Positions 12,350 through 25,356 of a stretch of DNA of 64,000 bases are shown piece after piece. Position 1 is the first letter of the stretch. Each line of letters opens with the position of its first letter. The translations under genes and the position numbers were made by a program. Source of the stretch: Octopus sinensis (taxonomy: Eukaryota); contig NC_043006.1 in NCBI RefSeq assembly GCF_006345805.1, positions 15,066,001 through 15,130,000 on the forward strand, read 5' to 3'. A model generated the notes under the pieces. The model ran no database searches. It was not told the DNA's origin and worked only from the letters and a program-made list of their open reading frames with translations.

Positions 12350-14032
12350 CTGGAAAGAGAGATGAAACAGACAGAAGGAATGAAAATGGGAAAGGCACCC
12401 CAGCACCAAAAAACACACAAAAAAAAAAAAAATAAATAACTGACTTCTTTCTGTTTTGCAATATAGATCAGTTGAATCATCATCATCATTTAGCGTCCGC
12501 TTTCCATGCTAGCATGGGTTGGACGGTTCAACTGGAGTCTGTGAAGCCAGAAGGCTGCATCAGGCCCAGTCTGATCTGGCAGAGTTTTTACAGCTGGATG
12601 CCCTTCCTAACGCCAACCACTCCGTGAGTGTAGTGGGTGCTTTTTACGTGCCACCCACACAGGTGCCAGACGGAGCTGGCAAATGGCCACGAATGGATGG
12701 TGCTTTTACGTGCCACCGGCATGGGGGCCAGGCGAGGCTGGCAACGGACACGAACGGATGGTGCTTTTCCGTGCCACTGGCATGGGGGCCAGGCGAGGCT
12801 GGCAACAGACACGAGCGGATGGTGCTTTTACGTGCCAGGCGAGGCTGGCAACCAAAAATCTTTCTAAAAATGCATAATGATGATTTTCAATTTCAGTTGT
12901 GGGAAGTGAAGGAATAAGAGATGATCAGAAGGTATGAGTATAGCAAAACTTCATTTCCCTTTCCTTACAAATCTAAAAAGCCCAATATACCCCACTGTCA
13001 ACATCACCATCATCATCATTATTGTCATTATCATCATCGTCATCAGCCGTTCAAGAATTTAGACCAAGAGATCTCCATTTCTAGCGACTTCGAGGGCTAC
13101 CTCCCAGTGGTGTTGGGCGTCAACGAAGAGCCCTTGACTACAACAAGACGACCAAAGTTTTTTTTTTTCCAAGGTCTGGGGTCTCCCGCCCCTTAAGCCC
13201 TAGACCATCACCTAATCACCCTTACCCATCTTGTTGCTTAACAACAACAACAATCATCATCATCAACATCATCACCAATTCATTTCCCATCTTCCAATTT
13301 CATTCACAAGGCATATTGGTCATTCCATGGCTATAGTACAAGACACAAATTGAAAGCATCCAGGCAATGGTACTGAACCCTTATTACTGGTTTCAAAGTT
13401 TGGCACAAAGCCAGCAATGTCTGGGGAGGAGTTAAGTCAATTACATTGCCACTAGTACTCAACTGGTACTTATTTTATCAACTTCAAAAGCATGAAAGGC
13501 AAAGGTGACCTCAGCAGAATTTGAACTCAGGATGTGAAGATGGATGAAAAACTGCTAAGCATTTCACCCAGCATGCTAACGATTCTGCCAGCTTGCTGCT
13601 TTCAGATGAACCCTTAATATTGAGGTTTTGAAGTGAACCCCTAAACTACACAGCCATGCTTGCATCTACATAAGAAATAAATTACAAAACAAATAAAATA
13701 CAAAGCTGCAAAACTACAAGGGCATCGGCTCAGATCTTGCTATCACTTCTGTTACCCTGCCAGGGCAAGGGACAATAAAAGGGTTATTTCAGACTGCAAC
13801 ATATGGAAATGAATGACTTTGTCACTCCTTAGACAAGAGTCGTTCTCAATAGATAAGTGTAGGAGTGGGTGTGTGGTAAGTAGCTTGCTTACGAACCACA
13901 TGGTTCTGGGTTCAGTTCCACTGCGTGGCACCTTGGGCAAGTGTCTTCTACTATGGCCTCGGGCCGACCAAAGCCTTGTGAGTGGATTTGGTAGATGGAA
14001 ACTGAAAGAAGCCCATAGTATATATGTACATG

Positions 14033-14063
<31 letters not shown>

Positions 14064-14679
14064 CTGTGTTTGTCCCCACAACATCGCTTGACAACCGATG
14101 CTGGTGTGTTTACGTCCCTGTAATTTAGCGGTTCGGCAAAAGAGACCAATAGAATAAGTACTAAGCTTACAAAGAATAAGCCCTGGGGTTGACTAAAGGC
14201 GGTGCTCCAGTATGGCCACAGTCAAATGACTGAAGCAGGTGTAAAGAGTAAAGAGATAAGTCATCCAGCAGTGCCAGTTACTAGTAACATCTTGATTCAA
14301 ATGTCCACAGGTGTAGGCGTGGCTGTGTGGTAAGAAGTTTGTTTTCCAACCACATGGTTCCAGGTTCAGTCCCAGTTCATGGCACCTTGGGAAAATGCTT
14401 CCTACTATAGCGTTGGACTGGCTAAAGCCTTGAGAAGGCATCTTGTAGAGGAAACTGAAAGAAACCTACTGTGTGTGTATTTATAAATATGTAAACATGT
14501 GTGAGTGTGTGTGTGTGTCATTGTGTTTGTGTTGGTATCCCTCTCTCCAAACAGCTTGATAACTGGTGTTGGTGTTTGACTAAACCCTTCAAGGCAGTGC
14601 CCCAGCATGGCCACAGTCTGATGACTGAAACAAGTAAAAGACATCAGGTGAAAGATAAGTTACCCAGTCCACTAATGTT

Positions 14680-14982
14680 AATATCACATGATCACGTGAC
14701 CGACCAGTCCATCAGATGTAGTTACACATCGCTGGTCACAATGCGTTCGCATTGTTTTAGCCTTCGAATGACGCCACCCCGCTGGCTAAGTGAGCAGGCC
14801 AACAGAAGAAAGAGTGGGAGAAAGAGTGGGTGAAAGAGTACAGCAGGGATCACCACCCCCTACTGGAGCCTCGTGGAGTTTTTAGGTGTTTTCGCTCAAT
14901 AAACACTAACAACGCCCGGTCTGGGAATCGAAACCGCGATCCTACGACCGCTGCCCTAACCACTGAGCCATTGCGCCTCCAC
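14680..14982 (-). mobile_element. SINE family E variant with a different 3' tail
   Basis: Same head and middle as 57406-57800; a second copy on the + strand at about 16010-16310. Confidence 0.75.
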
Positions 14983-15043
14983 AATGTTAATATAGAAGCA
15001 TTAAAATGTCACTGAAGCATTTATAGATGAAGAGGAAATTTAC

Positions 15044-15104
15044 CTGTGTCCATTTTTGTTTCAGAGCTTTCATTATGGTTTGGAGTGTTGAATGGTGTTC
15101 TTAT
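15044..15104 (-). CDS. HAX1: HAX1-like gene, exon 4 (IRTPFNTPNHNESSETKMDT)
   Basis: Acceptor ttttctggttctag|, donor ACAG|gtaaat; 61 nt, phase 0 to 1, exactly bridging exons 3 and 5. Not in the ORF track. Confidence 0.8.
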
Positions 15105-15611
15105 CTAGAACCAGAAAATGAAAAGCATTTAAATAAACAAATCAAAACAAGATTGCACTGTATAGAAATGAATATGATAGATAGACAAATAGATAGATAG
15201 ATTGATAAATAGATAGACAGATAGATAGATCGAAAGAGAGAGTGGGGTGTGACATACATATATGCATTCCTGCTGGTGAGATGAACATGGAAGCGATTAC
15301 ATATTCCCAAAACTTGTCTACAATTATTGTACCTCTTCAACGAGATCTTTGAATTATGGTTAATATCCAGAGAGAAAGAAAGAGAAAAGTGCGAGGGAGG
15401 CATATATATATATATACACACATATGTATATATATATGTGTGTGTGTATATATAAAAAAGCACCCACTACACTCACGGAGTGGTTGGCGTTAGGAAGGGC
15501 ATCCAGCTGTAGAAACACTGCCAGATCTGACTGGAGTTTGGTGCAGCCTCCTGGCTTCCCAGACCCCAGTTAAACCGTCCAACCCATGCTAGCATGGAAA
15601 GCGGATGCTAA

Positions 15612-15670
<59 letters not shown>

Positions 15671-15673
<3 letters not shown>

Positions 15674-15859
15674 TTCATAAAAGGGTTCAGCAAAGATTTG
15701 CTTCACCACACACCGAAGTTTAGAAATAGCAGCCAAAAATCTTAGCTATTTCTTCTATTTTAAAAAGGAGAAGAAATAGCTAAGATTTCTAAACTGGCTG
15801 CTATTTCTAAACTTTGGTGTGTGGTGAAGCAAATCTTTGCTGAACCCTTTTATTAAGTA
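15671..15859. repeat. About 190-bp near-perfect fold-back
   Basis: Left arm ATAAAAGGGTTCAGCAAAGATTTGCTTCACCACACACC... is mirrored by the right arm ...GCTGAACCCTTTTAT. Confidence 0.92.
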
Positions 15860-17360
15860 TTACTTAAGTTTACCGTGAAATGGTCCTTTTTCATACCGAA
15901 TTCTACTTGGTGAAATTATTGATTACTTCTTAATTAATTAATTTTACCCTTTGTTATTATATATATATATATATATATAGGTGTGTGTGTGTATGTGTGT
16001 GTGTGTGTGTGTAGGTGCAATGGTCCAGTGGTTAGGGCAGCGGACTCGCGGTCGTAGGATCGCGGTTTTGATTCCCAGAGTTGTTGTGAGTGTTTATTGA
16101 GCAAAAACACCTAAATCTCCATGAGGCTTCGGCAGGGGGTGGTGGAGAACCCTGCTGTACTCTTTCTCCACAACTATCTCTCACTCTTTCTTCTGTTGGC
16201 CTGCTCGCTTAGCCAGCCAAGGTGGCATCATTTGAAGGCTAAAACAATGTGAAGCGCATTGTGACCAGCGATGTATAGCAACATCTGATAGCCTGGTCAG
16301 CCATGGTGATCATGGTGGGCATGGCTGTGTGGTTAGGGAGCTTGCTTCCTAAGTAAATGGTTTCGGGTTTCAGTCCCACTGCGTGGCACTTTGGGTAGAT
16401 GTCTTCCGCTATAGCCCTGAGCCGACCAGAGCTTTGTGATTGAATTTGGTAGGCGGGAGTTACTGCTGTGTGTGTATGTGTGTGTATAGCTGCTCAGTGC
16501 CTCTCCAAAAGAGAGAGAGAGAGAGAGGGGAAAAGTCTTTGATGTTTCAAGCCTACACTCTTTGACAGAAAGGATTGAGAAGGAAAAAATGGAGAGAGAA
16601 CAGAAAAAAAACATAGAGAGAAAGAATATGTGTATGGATTAACAGTTCAACATGTTGAAATGACTGATATATATATATATATAAAATTTTCAGGATCTAA
16701 TAGATTTTCTCAACTGGCACCAATATGAGGGAGTCAATATGAATTATATATTATTTGGGTGGAAAATTCCTAAATGTTACATTTTTACCCTTAATTCACC
16801 AGAAAAAAAAAATTACCTGATTTAATTAATGTGTTTATCAATAAAAAACATTCCGAAACAGCTGTAGTGAACCTCAGCTAATCTGTGTTATAATATATAT
16901 TCACACCACAAAACCCCTAAACCCCTTCGAATGAGCAACACCACAAAACCCCTTTGAATAAGCAACACAAAATTCCAGCTCCATACTTTGAAATAACTAG
17001 GCATGAACTACTACTGGAACTTACATACCATGTGCAAGAAACTTTTTTACCACTTCTACATACCACATTAATTGAATAATGGAACTGCAACTACAATATT
17101 TTATATCTTACTCCTACTTTCATTCTCTTATTTCCCTCTAGATTCCATATCTCCTCCTTTTCCATAATTCCTTATTTGGAACTGAAATATTTACCTCTAC
17201 TTAACCATCTCACATCTCACAGTTCGAATCGCACGTGCCTCGGATGGGCTGGAGTATTTCTATTTTGGATGTATTTGGGGTACTTAGTTGTGCCCATGAC
17301 TTAGTGTTTGCTTCTTCCATGGGTATGAGTAAGTATCTCATTTATTTCTTTTACCACATG

Positions 17361-17418
17361 TATCACTGATGAAGAGAGGGCTCTTAGTAACTAACTCTGA
17401 AATCGGTCCGCTATGGTA
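17361..17418 (+). ncRNA. Type I hammerhead ribozyme-like motif
   Basis: TATCA-CTGATGA-AGAG..CTCT-GAAA-TCGGTCCGC-TA-TGGTA; stems I and II pair, stem III is imperfect. Confidence 0.5.
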
Positions 17419-17573
17419 ATAATGAAATTTTTTAGAAATTTCTGTCGACCTTTATTCGAGTAGCGTGCGTATAGTGAAAAAATTATATGCTTAATGGACA
17501 ATATGTCCAATTTTTCGGCATATTTGGCATTAGAATTTTTTTTCCCTTGCCCTCATTTATGAATTATATATAT

Positions 17574-17599
<26 letters not shown>

Positions 17600-17616
<17 letters not shown>

Positions 17617-18044
17617 GTATATATATATATATGTATATATATACAGAGAGAGGGAGAGAGAGAAAAAGAGAAAGAGATGTGAACAAGATAAATACCACCA
17701 TTTAATTGCTGAAGTAATCTAATTTATGAAAACAAAATAAAAGTGCCCCAAATATATATATTCAACATGTCGACCCATTAATCCAGAACATGTCGTTTTT
17801 TCTCAGTTTTCTTTCCTCATTCCTTTTTGATGGAGAGTGTAGGCTCATCTCCATTTTTCCTAAGTGTCAAACTAATACACCTTGTTTGTTGTTCCCTCAC
17901 CTGTCTCTGTCTTTTGATATTTGTACATTTGTAATATGTATGTATTTATGTGTGTGTAAGTACACATACACACACATACACACGAACATGTATGCGTACA
18001 AAAACATGTACGCAATGGGTGTACGTATGTACAAGTGTGTATGC

Positions 18045-18095
<51 letters not shown>

Positions 18096-18433
18096 AGATA
18101 AGAAAATGGAGAAGTACATCTAAATCAAATATCAATTTGATTTAGATGTATTTCTCCATTTTCTTATTTGTATTAGTAATTTGTGGTAAATCATTTTACC
18201 TTTGCCCATATAATACAGTAAATGAATTGATTACAACGCAATCATTAACATTTATGTATTAACTTTGTTGGGTACTTCACTAGCAGTATATTGGATATAC
18301 GTTATCCCATGGTGGGTTGCATTTACAACCCCTATCTCAATTTGTATATATATATATATATATATATATGTACGTCCAACCCATGCTAGCATGGAAAACG
18401 GATGCTAAACGACGATGATGATGATGATGATAT

Positions 18434-18492
<59 letters not shown>

Positions 18493-19216
18493 ATATAATA
18501 CAAATAAGAAAATGGAGAAACAAATTTAGTTTGTTCATCAACTTAACGGATATTATAATGTTAGATTATTTATTCATTTTACAAATGGGAACATCAAAAG
18601 CATACAAAAATATTATATAAATCAATAGATAAGATAATAATACAAGTACATATTTTAAAAGTCATATTATAAATTAATGAGATCATTATATATATATATA
18701 TATATATATATAAGGTTAATCCAAACGGGAAAACAGAAAAAATAACAACACGTGGAACAATTACAGTATTATTATTATTAGGCGCTCAGGAAAATGGAAG
18801 AAGGAGGCGCAGGAGTGGCTGTGTGGTAAGTAGCTTGCTAACCAACCACATGGTTCAGGGTTCAGTCCCACTGCGTGGCATCTTGGGCAAGTGTCTTCTG
18901 CTATAGCCCCGGGCCGACCAATGCCTTGTGAGTGGATTTGGTAGAAGGAAACTGAAAGAAGCCTGTCGTATATATGTATATATATATATGTGTGTGTATG
19001 TGTTTGTGTGTCTGTGTTTGTCCCCCTAGCATTGCTTGACAACCGATGCTGGTGTGTTTACGTCCCCGTCACTTAGTGGTTCGGCAAAAGAGACCGATAG
19101 AATAAGTACTGGGCTTACAAAGAATAATAAGTCCCAGGGTCGATTTGCTCGACTAAAAGGCGGTGCTCCAGCATGGCCGCAGTCAAATGACTGAAACAAG
19201 TAAAAGAGTAAAAGAG

Positions 19217-19266
<50 letters not shown>

Positions 19267-19653
19267 CAGAGAGAGGGAGAGAGAGAAAAAGAGAAAGAGA
19301 TGTGAACAAGATAAATACCACCATTTAATTGCTGAAGTAATCTAATTTATGAAAACAAAATAAAAGTGCCCCAATATATATATTCAACACGTCGACCCAT
19401 TAATCCAGAACATGTCGTTTTTTCTCAGTTTTCTTTCCTCATTCCTTTTTGATGGAGAGTGTAGGCTCATCTCCATTTTTCCTAAGTGTCAAACTAATAC
19501 ACCTTGTTTGTTGTTCCCTCACCTGTCTCTGTCTTTTGATATTTGTACATTTGTAATATGTATGTATTTATGTGTGTGTAAGTACACATACACACACATA
19601 CACACGAACATGTATGCGTACAAAAACATGTACGTATGTACAAGTGTGTATGC

Positions 19654-19705
<52 letters not shown>

Positions 19706-20295
19706 CAAGATAAGAAAATGGAGAAGTACATCTAAATCAAATATCAATTTGATTTAGATGTATTTCTCCATTTTCTTATTTGTATTAGTAATTTGTGGTA
19801 AATCATTTTACCTTTGCCCATATAATACAGTAAATGAATTGATTACAACGCAATCATTAACATTTATGTATTAACTTTGTTGGGTACTTCACTAGCAGTA
19901 TATTGGATATACGTTATCCCATGGTGGGTTGCATTTACAACCCCTATCTCAATTTGTATATATATATATATATATATATATGTACGTCCAACCCATGCTA
20001 GCATGGAAAACGGATGCTAAACGACGATGATGATGATGATGATATATATATATATATATAATATATATATATATTATATATATATATATATAATATATAT
20101 AATATAATACAAATAAGAAAATGGAGAAACAAATTTAGTTTGTTCATCAACTTAACGGATATTATAATGTTAGATTATTTATTCATTTTACAAATGGGAA
20201 CATCAAAAGCATACAAAAATATTATATAAATCAATAGATAAGATAATAATACAAGTACATATTTTAAAAGTCATATTATAAATTAATGAGATCAT

Positions 20296-20327
<32 letters not shown>

Positions 20328-20840
20328 TAATCCAAACGGGAAAACAGAAAAAATAACAACACGTGGAACAATTACAGTATTATTATTATTAGGCGCTCAG
20401 GAAAATGGAAGAAGGAGGCGCAGGAGTGGCTGTGTGGTAAGTAGCTTGCTAACCAACCACATGGTTCAGGGTTCAGTCCCACTGCGTGGCATCTGGGCAA
20501 GTGTCTTCTGCTATAGCCCCGGGCCGACCAATGCCTTGTGAGTGGATTTGGTAGAAGGAAACTGAAAGAAGCCTGTCGTATATATGTATATATATATATA
20601 TGTGTGTGTATGTGTTTGTGTGTCTGTGTTTGTCCCCCTAGCATTGCTTGACAACCGATGCTGGTGTGTTTACGTCCCCGTCACTTAGTGGTTCGGCAAA
20701 AGAGACCGATAGAATAAGTACTGGGCTTACAAAGAATAATAAGTCCCAGGGTCGATTTGCTCGACTAAAAGGCGGTGCTCCAGCATGGCCGCAGTCAAAT
20801 GACTGAAACAAGTAAAAGAGTAAAAGAGTATATATATATA
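17600..20840. repeat. About 1.62-kb tandem segmental duplication (2 copies)
   Basis: 17641 onward re-reads at 19263 with few substitutions/indels. Confidence 0.92.
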
Positions 20841-20891
20841 CTAAAGCTGCTCAGCTTACCAACTCATGCTAGCATGGACAATGGAGTTAAA

Positions 20892-21490
20892 TCTTTATAT
20901 ATAAAATTCAAGTTGTGTGTCTGTCTCCTACGATTTAGATTCCTAACTACTCCCACATTTTGTGGTGCAGTTTAACCAAAACCGGGTATCTTATAGTCGT
21001 GATTCATATCGAGCCCTTCTGGGTATTAGCACGCGTCTACGATGAGTCTACGATTTAAAAAAAAATTTACGATAATTTTTTTCCATTTTAATGCATTTTT
21101 TCGCTATTATATAAGGGAAGTAACTCTCTAAAAATGTCTACGATGAGTCAACGATTTAAAAAAAAATTTACCATAATTTTTTTCCATTTTAATGCATTTT
21201 TTCGCTATTATATAAGGGAAGTAACTCTCTAAAAATGTCTACGATGAGTCAACGATTTAAAAAAAAATTTACCATAATTTTTTTCCATTTTAATGCATTT
21301 TTTCGCTATTATATAAGGGAAGTAACTCTCTAAAAATGTCTACGATGAGTCAACGATTTAAAAAAAAATTTACCATAATTTTTTTCCATTTTTAATGCAT
21401 TTTTTTGCTATTTTTTGGCTATAACTCTCTAAAAATGCTTATATAGTTATTTCCCTTACAAACCCGAGCAACGCCGGGCGATACTGCTAG
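20892..21490 (+). mobile_element. Non-autonomous Helitron with four ~101-bp internal repeats
   Basis: A|TCTTTATATATAAAA 5' end; hairpin CCCGAGCAACGCCGGG at 21463-78; CTAG|T 3' end; no TSD. Confidence 0.85.
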
Positions 21491-23710
21491 TGATAAATAA
21501 TGATGAAGATGATGCAAAATGCCAAAGAATGATTGAAGTATAATATGATTATATGAGTGGTCACATTTTGAAAGCAGCATTATGATGATGATGATGATGA
21601 TAGAAGACAATTGACTTGAGGCTTATAACATAAGCACTAATACTATATTAGCCATAAATACCTCCCCCACCCTGTACATAGTGTATGGATGGCTGAATTC
21701 GTAATTGGGACAGTAATAAATGAAGCATGTTTTGCACTGTTTAGTTTCACCCTCTTTACATTCTGACACCCCCCCAGCATTCATATCTGATAAAATAAGT
21801 ACGAATCTGTGTCGAGGTCAATATAGCAGACTAACACTCCTTTCTGAAATTTATGGCATTGTACTTGTATAATCTCCCTCTTCATCTCAAACATCCTTAT
21901 TAGGACATAAGCCCCAAAACTTGCAAATCAAGTTGTGAAGAGGGTTCTGAAAAATTTCTACGTAGTAGGGGAGATAACTTCGGTTATTTACATAGTTACG
22001 TCCCTTGAATAATTTATGCCAGTGTCAATCCGTAATTTGACATACTCTAGTGTCACTTCCCCAAGACACACAGCTCACTAAATCATATTAGACTGTATGA
22101 GGGCAGCTTCATGAGACGTTGTTTGAACCATAATTATGTCTTTAAACACACAAACAAAAGGAACGTTATACCGTTATCAAGCTATAACACAAACTGAAAA
22201 TCAACAAAAGATCAACCATGCTGATAACAAGAGGTTTCTTATTTCTTTATTGCCCACAAGAGGACAAACAAGGACAGACAAACGGATTAAGTCGATTAGA
22301 TCGACCCCAGTGCGTAACTGGTACTTAATTTATCGACCCCGAAAGGATGAAAGGCAAAGTCGACCTCGGCGGAATTTGAACTCAGAACGTAAAGACAGAC
22401 GAAGTACCACTAAGCATTTCGCCCGGTGTGCTAACGTTTTTGCCAGCTCGCCTCCTTGATAACAAGAGGTTTCTTTCAATCAGGTAGCCCTAACTTTGTC
22501 TAAGAATAGGCATGAAACCCTGAGTAAAGAAATACCGAAAGTTAAAACTATAACCTTGTATATATATATGTATATATATATATATATATATTTCTATTCT
22601 AGATACAAGGCCTGAAATGTTTGGGGAGGGGACCAGTCAATTAGATCGATCCCAGTACACAACTGGTACTTAATTTATCGACCCCAAAAGGATGAAAGGA
22701 AAAGTCGACCTCAGAGGAACTTAAATCCAGAATATAAACACAGACGAAATACCGCTAATCATTTTGCCCGGCATGCTAACGATTCTGCCAACTCACCACC
22801 CAATAACCTTGTATATTACATGTTTAATGTATTTTGTTTGTAGTATTACTATCTACTATAATAATACTCTTGTGTTGTTTTTCTCCATCACAACATATGA
22901 ATGAGAAAGGAAGAGGAGATAGATGAATACGGAAGGGGTGATGGCAAAGTGGTAGTGGGATGATGGAAATACTATATTGAAAAAAGTCAAACAGCGTTTC
23001 AACTCAGTGAGTAATATGTGTGTGTATGTAAAAGGAAGGTATGTGAATGTTTGTGTGTGTGCAATGGAAGTGGGATGGTGAACATTCAATGCTGAAAAGA
23101 AAAATCAAACAGCGTTTCAACTCCGTGAGTATATGTGTGTATGTGTGTGCGTCTACAAGGGAAGTATGTGAATGTTTGTATGTGTGATTATTATGTACCT
23201 TATTTATATATAAAATACTACAATTAGCCGTCATTTTTGATGGCACAGGGCCAGCTAGTGTATCTCACAATACTTCTAAGCACAGCACTACTTATATATC
23301 TATATACATTTATCTCTCTTTCTCTCTCCTCATCATCAATGTCTTAATGTTCACGTTAGAGGTGGACATAATCTTATTAATTCAAAAATTTACGTTCTTA
23401 TAATTTTCATTGACTGGCTTCCATGCTGGTGGCACGTAAAAAGTACCAACTGACCATGGCTGTTGCCAGCCTCCCCTGGCATGTAAAAAGCACCATCTGT
23501 ACATGGCCGATGCCAGCGCCGCCTTGACTGGCTTCCGTGCCGGTGGCACGTAAAAAGCACCCACTACACTCACGGAGTGGTTGGCATTAGGAAGGGCATC
23601 CAGCTGTAGAAACACTGCCAGATCAGACTGGAGCCTGGTGCAGCCTCCTGGCTTCCCAGACCCCAGCCAAACCGTCCAACCCATGCTAGCATGGAAAACG
23701 GACGTTAAAC

Positions 23711-23761
<51 letters not shown>

Positions 23762-24154
23762 CATCATCGCTTATCACCCGCCTTCCATGCTGGCATGGGT
23801 TGAACAGTTTGACAGGAGCTAGCCTGACAGTAATTTGCACCAGACCTCTGTGTCTGTTTTGGCAGGGTTTTTACAGCTGGATGCTCTTCCTGACACCAAC
23901 AACCCAGCAAAATGGACTTAGTGCTTTTTATGTGGCACAAGCACAGGTGAGGTCAGTTTTGGCAAGGTTTTTACGGCTGGATGCCCTTCCAAATGGCAAC
24001 CACTTTAGAGTGTGTGGACTGCATACTTCTTAAGTGGCACCTGCAATGGCAGCATCACCAATTAACTTACAAGACAAAGTATAAAACTTTGAGAGGGGAG
24101 GGGGCATTGGAGGAGGTGATCTTGTGTCAGATAATGAAAGGTTATGGTGAGACA

Positions 24155-24288
24155 GAAACAGGTGCCTTGCTGTGAAGGAGGTACAAGGTTATCCAGCCAG
24201 AGAGAGAGAGGGGGGGAAGAGAGAGAGGAAGAGATAGATAGAGAGAGAGGGTTGAGAGGGAGGAAGAGATAGATAGAGAGAGAGGAAG

Positions 24289-24343
<55 letters not shown>

Positions 24344-24491
24344 TCAGGAATGAGGATAGAAACAGGTGCACTGCTGTGAAGGAGGTACAAGGTTATCCAG
24401 CCAGAGAGAGAGAGGGGGGAAGAGAGAGAGGAAGAGATAGATAGAGAGAGAGGGTTGAGAGGGAGGAAGAGATAGATAGAGAGAGAGGAAG

Positions 24492-24542
<51 letters not shown>

Positions 24543-24690
24543 TCAGGAATGAGGATAGAAACAGGTGCACTGCTGTGAAGGAGGTACAAGGTTATCCAGC
24601 CAGAGAGAGAGAGGGGGGAAGAGAGAGAGGAAGAGATAGATAGAGAGAGAGGGTTGAGAGGGAGGAAGAGATAGATAGAGAGAGAGGAAG

Positions 24691-24751
<61 letters not shown>

Positions 24752-24790
24752 AGGAATGAGGATAGAAACAGGTGCACTGCTGTAAAAGAG
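24155..24790. repeat. Three ~200-bp tandem units built of (AG)n/(AGAT)n plus a unique spacer
   Basis: GTACAAGGTTATCCAGCC recurs at 24181, 24385 and 24584. Confidence 0.9.
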
Positions 24791-25356
24791 ATACATGATT
24801 ACCAAGCCTGAGGGAAGAGCAGAAGGCGAGAGTGGGAGACAGCAAGAGCACAAGGGAGAGCAGTGAGTGGTGAAAACCTTGGTATGTAGATGGGGTGGGG
24901 CGGGATGGGGGGCTACCAGATAGCAATGAGACAGAGACATAATCATGCAGTGTGTGTGTGTGTGTGTGTGTGTGTATATTTGATTAATGAGAGAGATAGA
25001 AGATGGAAGATATGAGAATGTTTATTGGTCACTACAACCGTTTCGACCCATTAGCATCGATCCCTCATCGGTGAGATATTGAACAACTGGTTTAGGAGTA
25101 TCTGTCGGTGTAGATGTGTCTCTTCAGGTGATTACATGATGTATCTAGTTAGAATAACATGATGTGTTCTGCAAGTTTTTTTTCTCAGTATGTGTATACA
25201 AAAGCAACAAATTAAGGGATAAATATATATTATAGTGATTTAGTGTTTCTTGCTATGTGTGGATTTTCCAGAGCCCAAATATATTCACTATTTTGTCACC
25301 TAAAGGCTTAAACATAGTAAGAAGTACTGATTAACATATATATATAAATATATATT

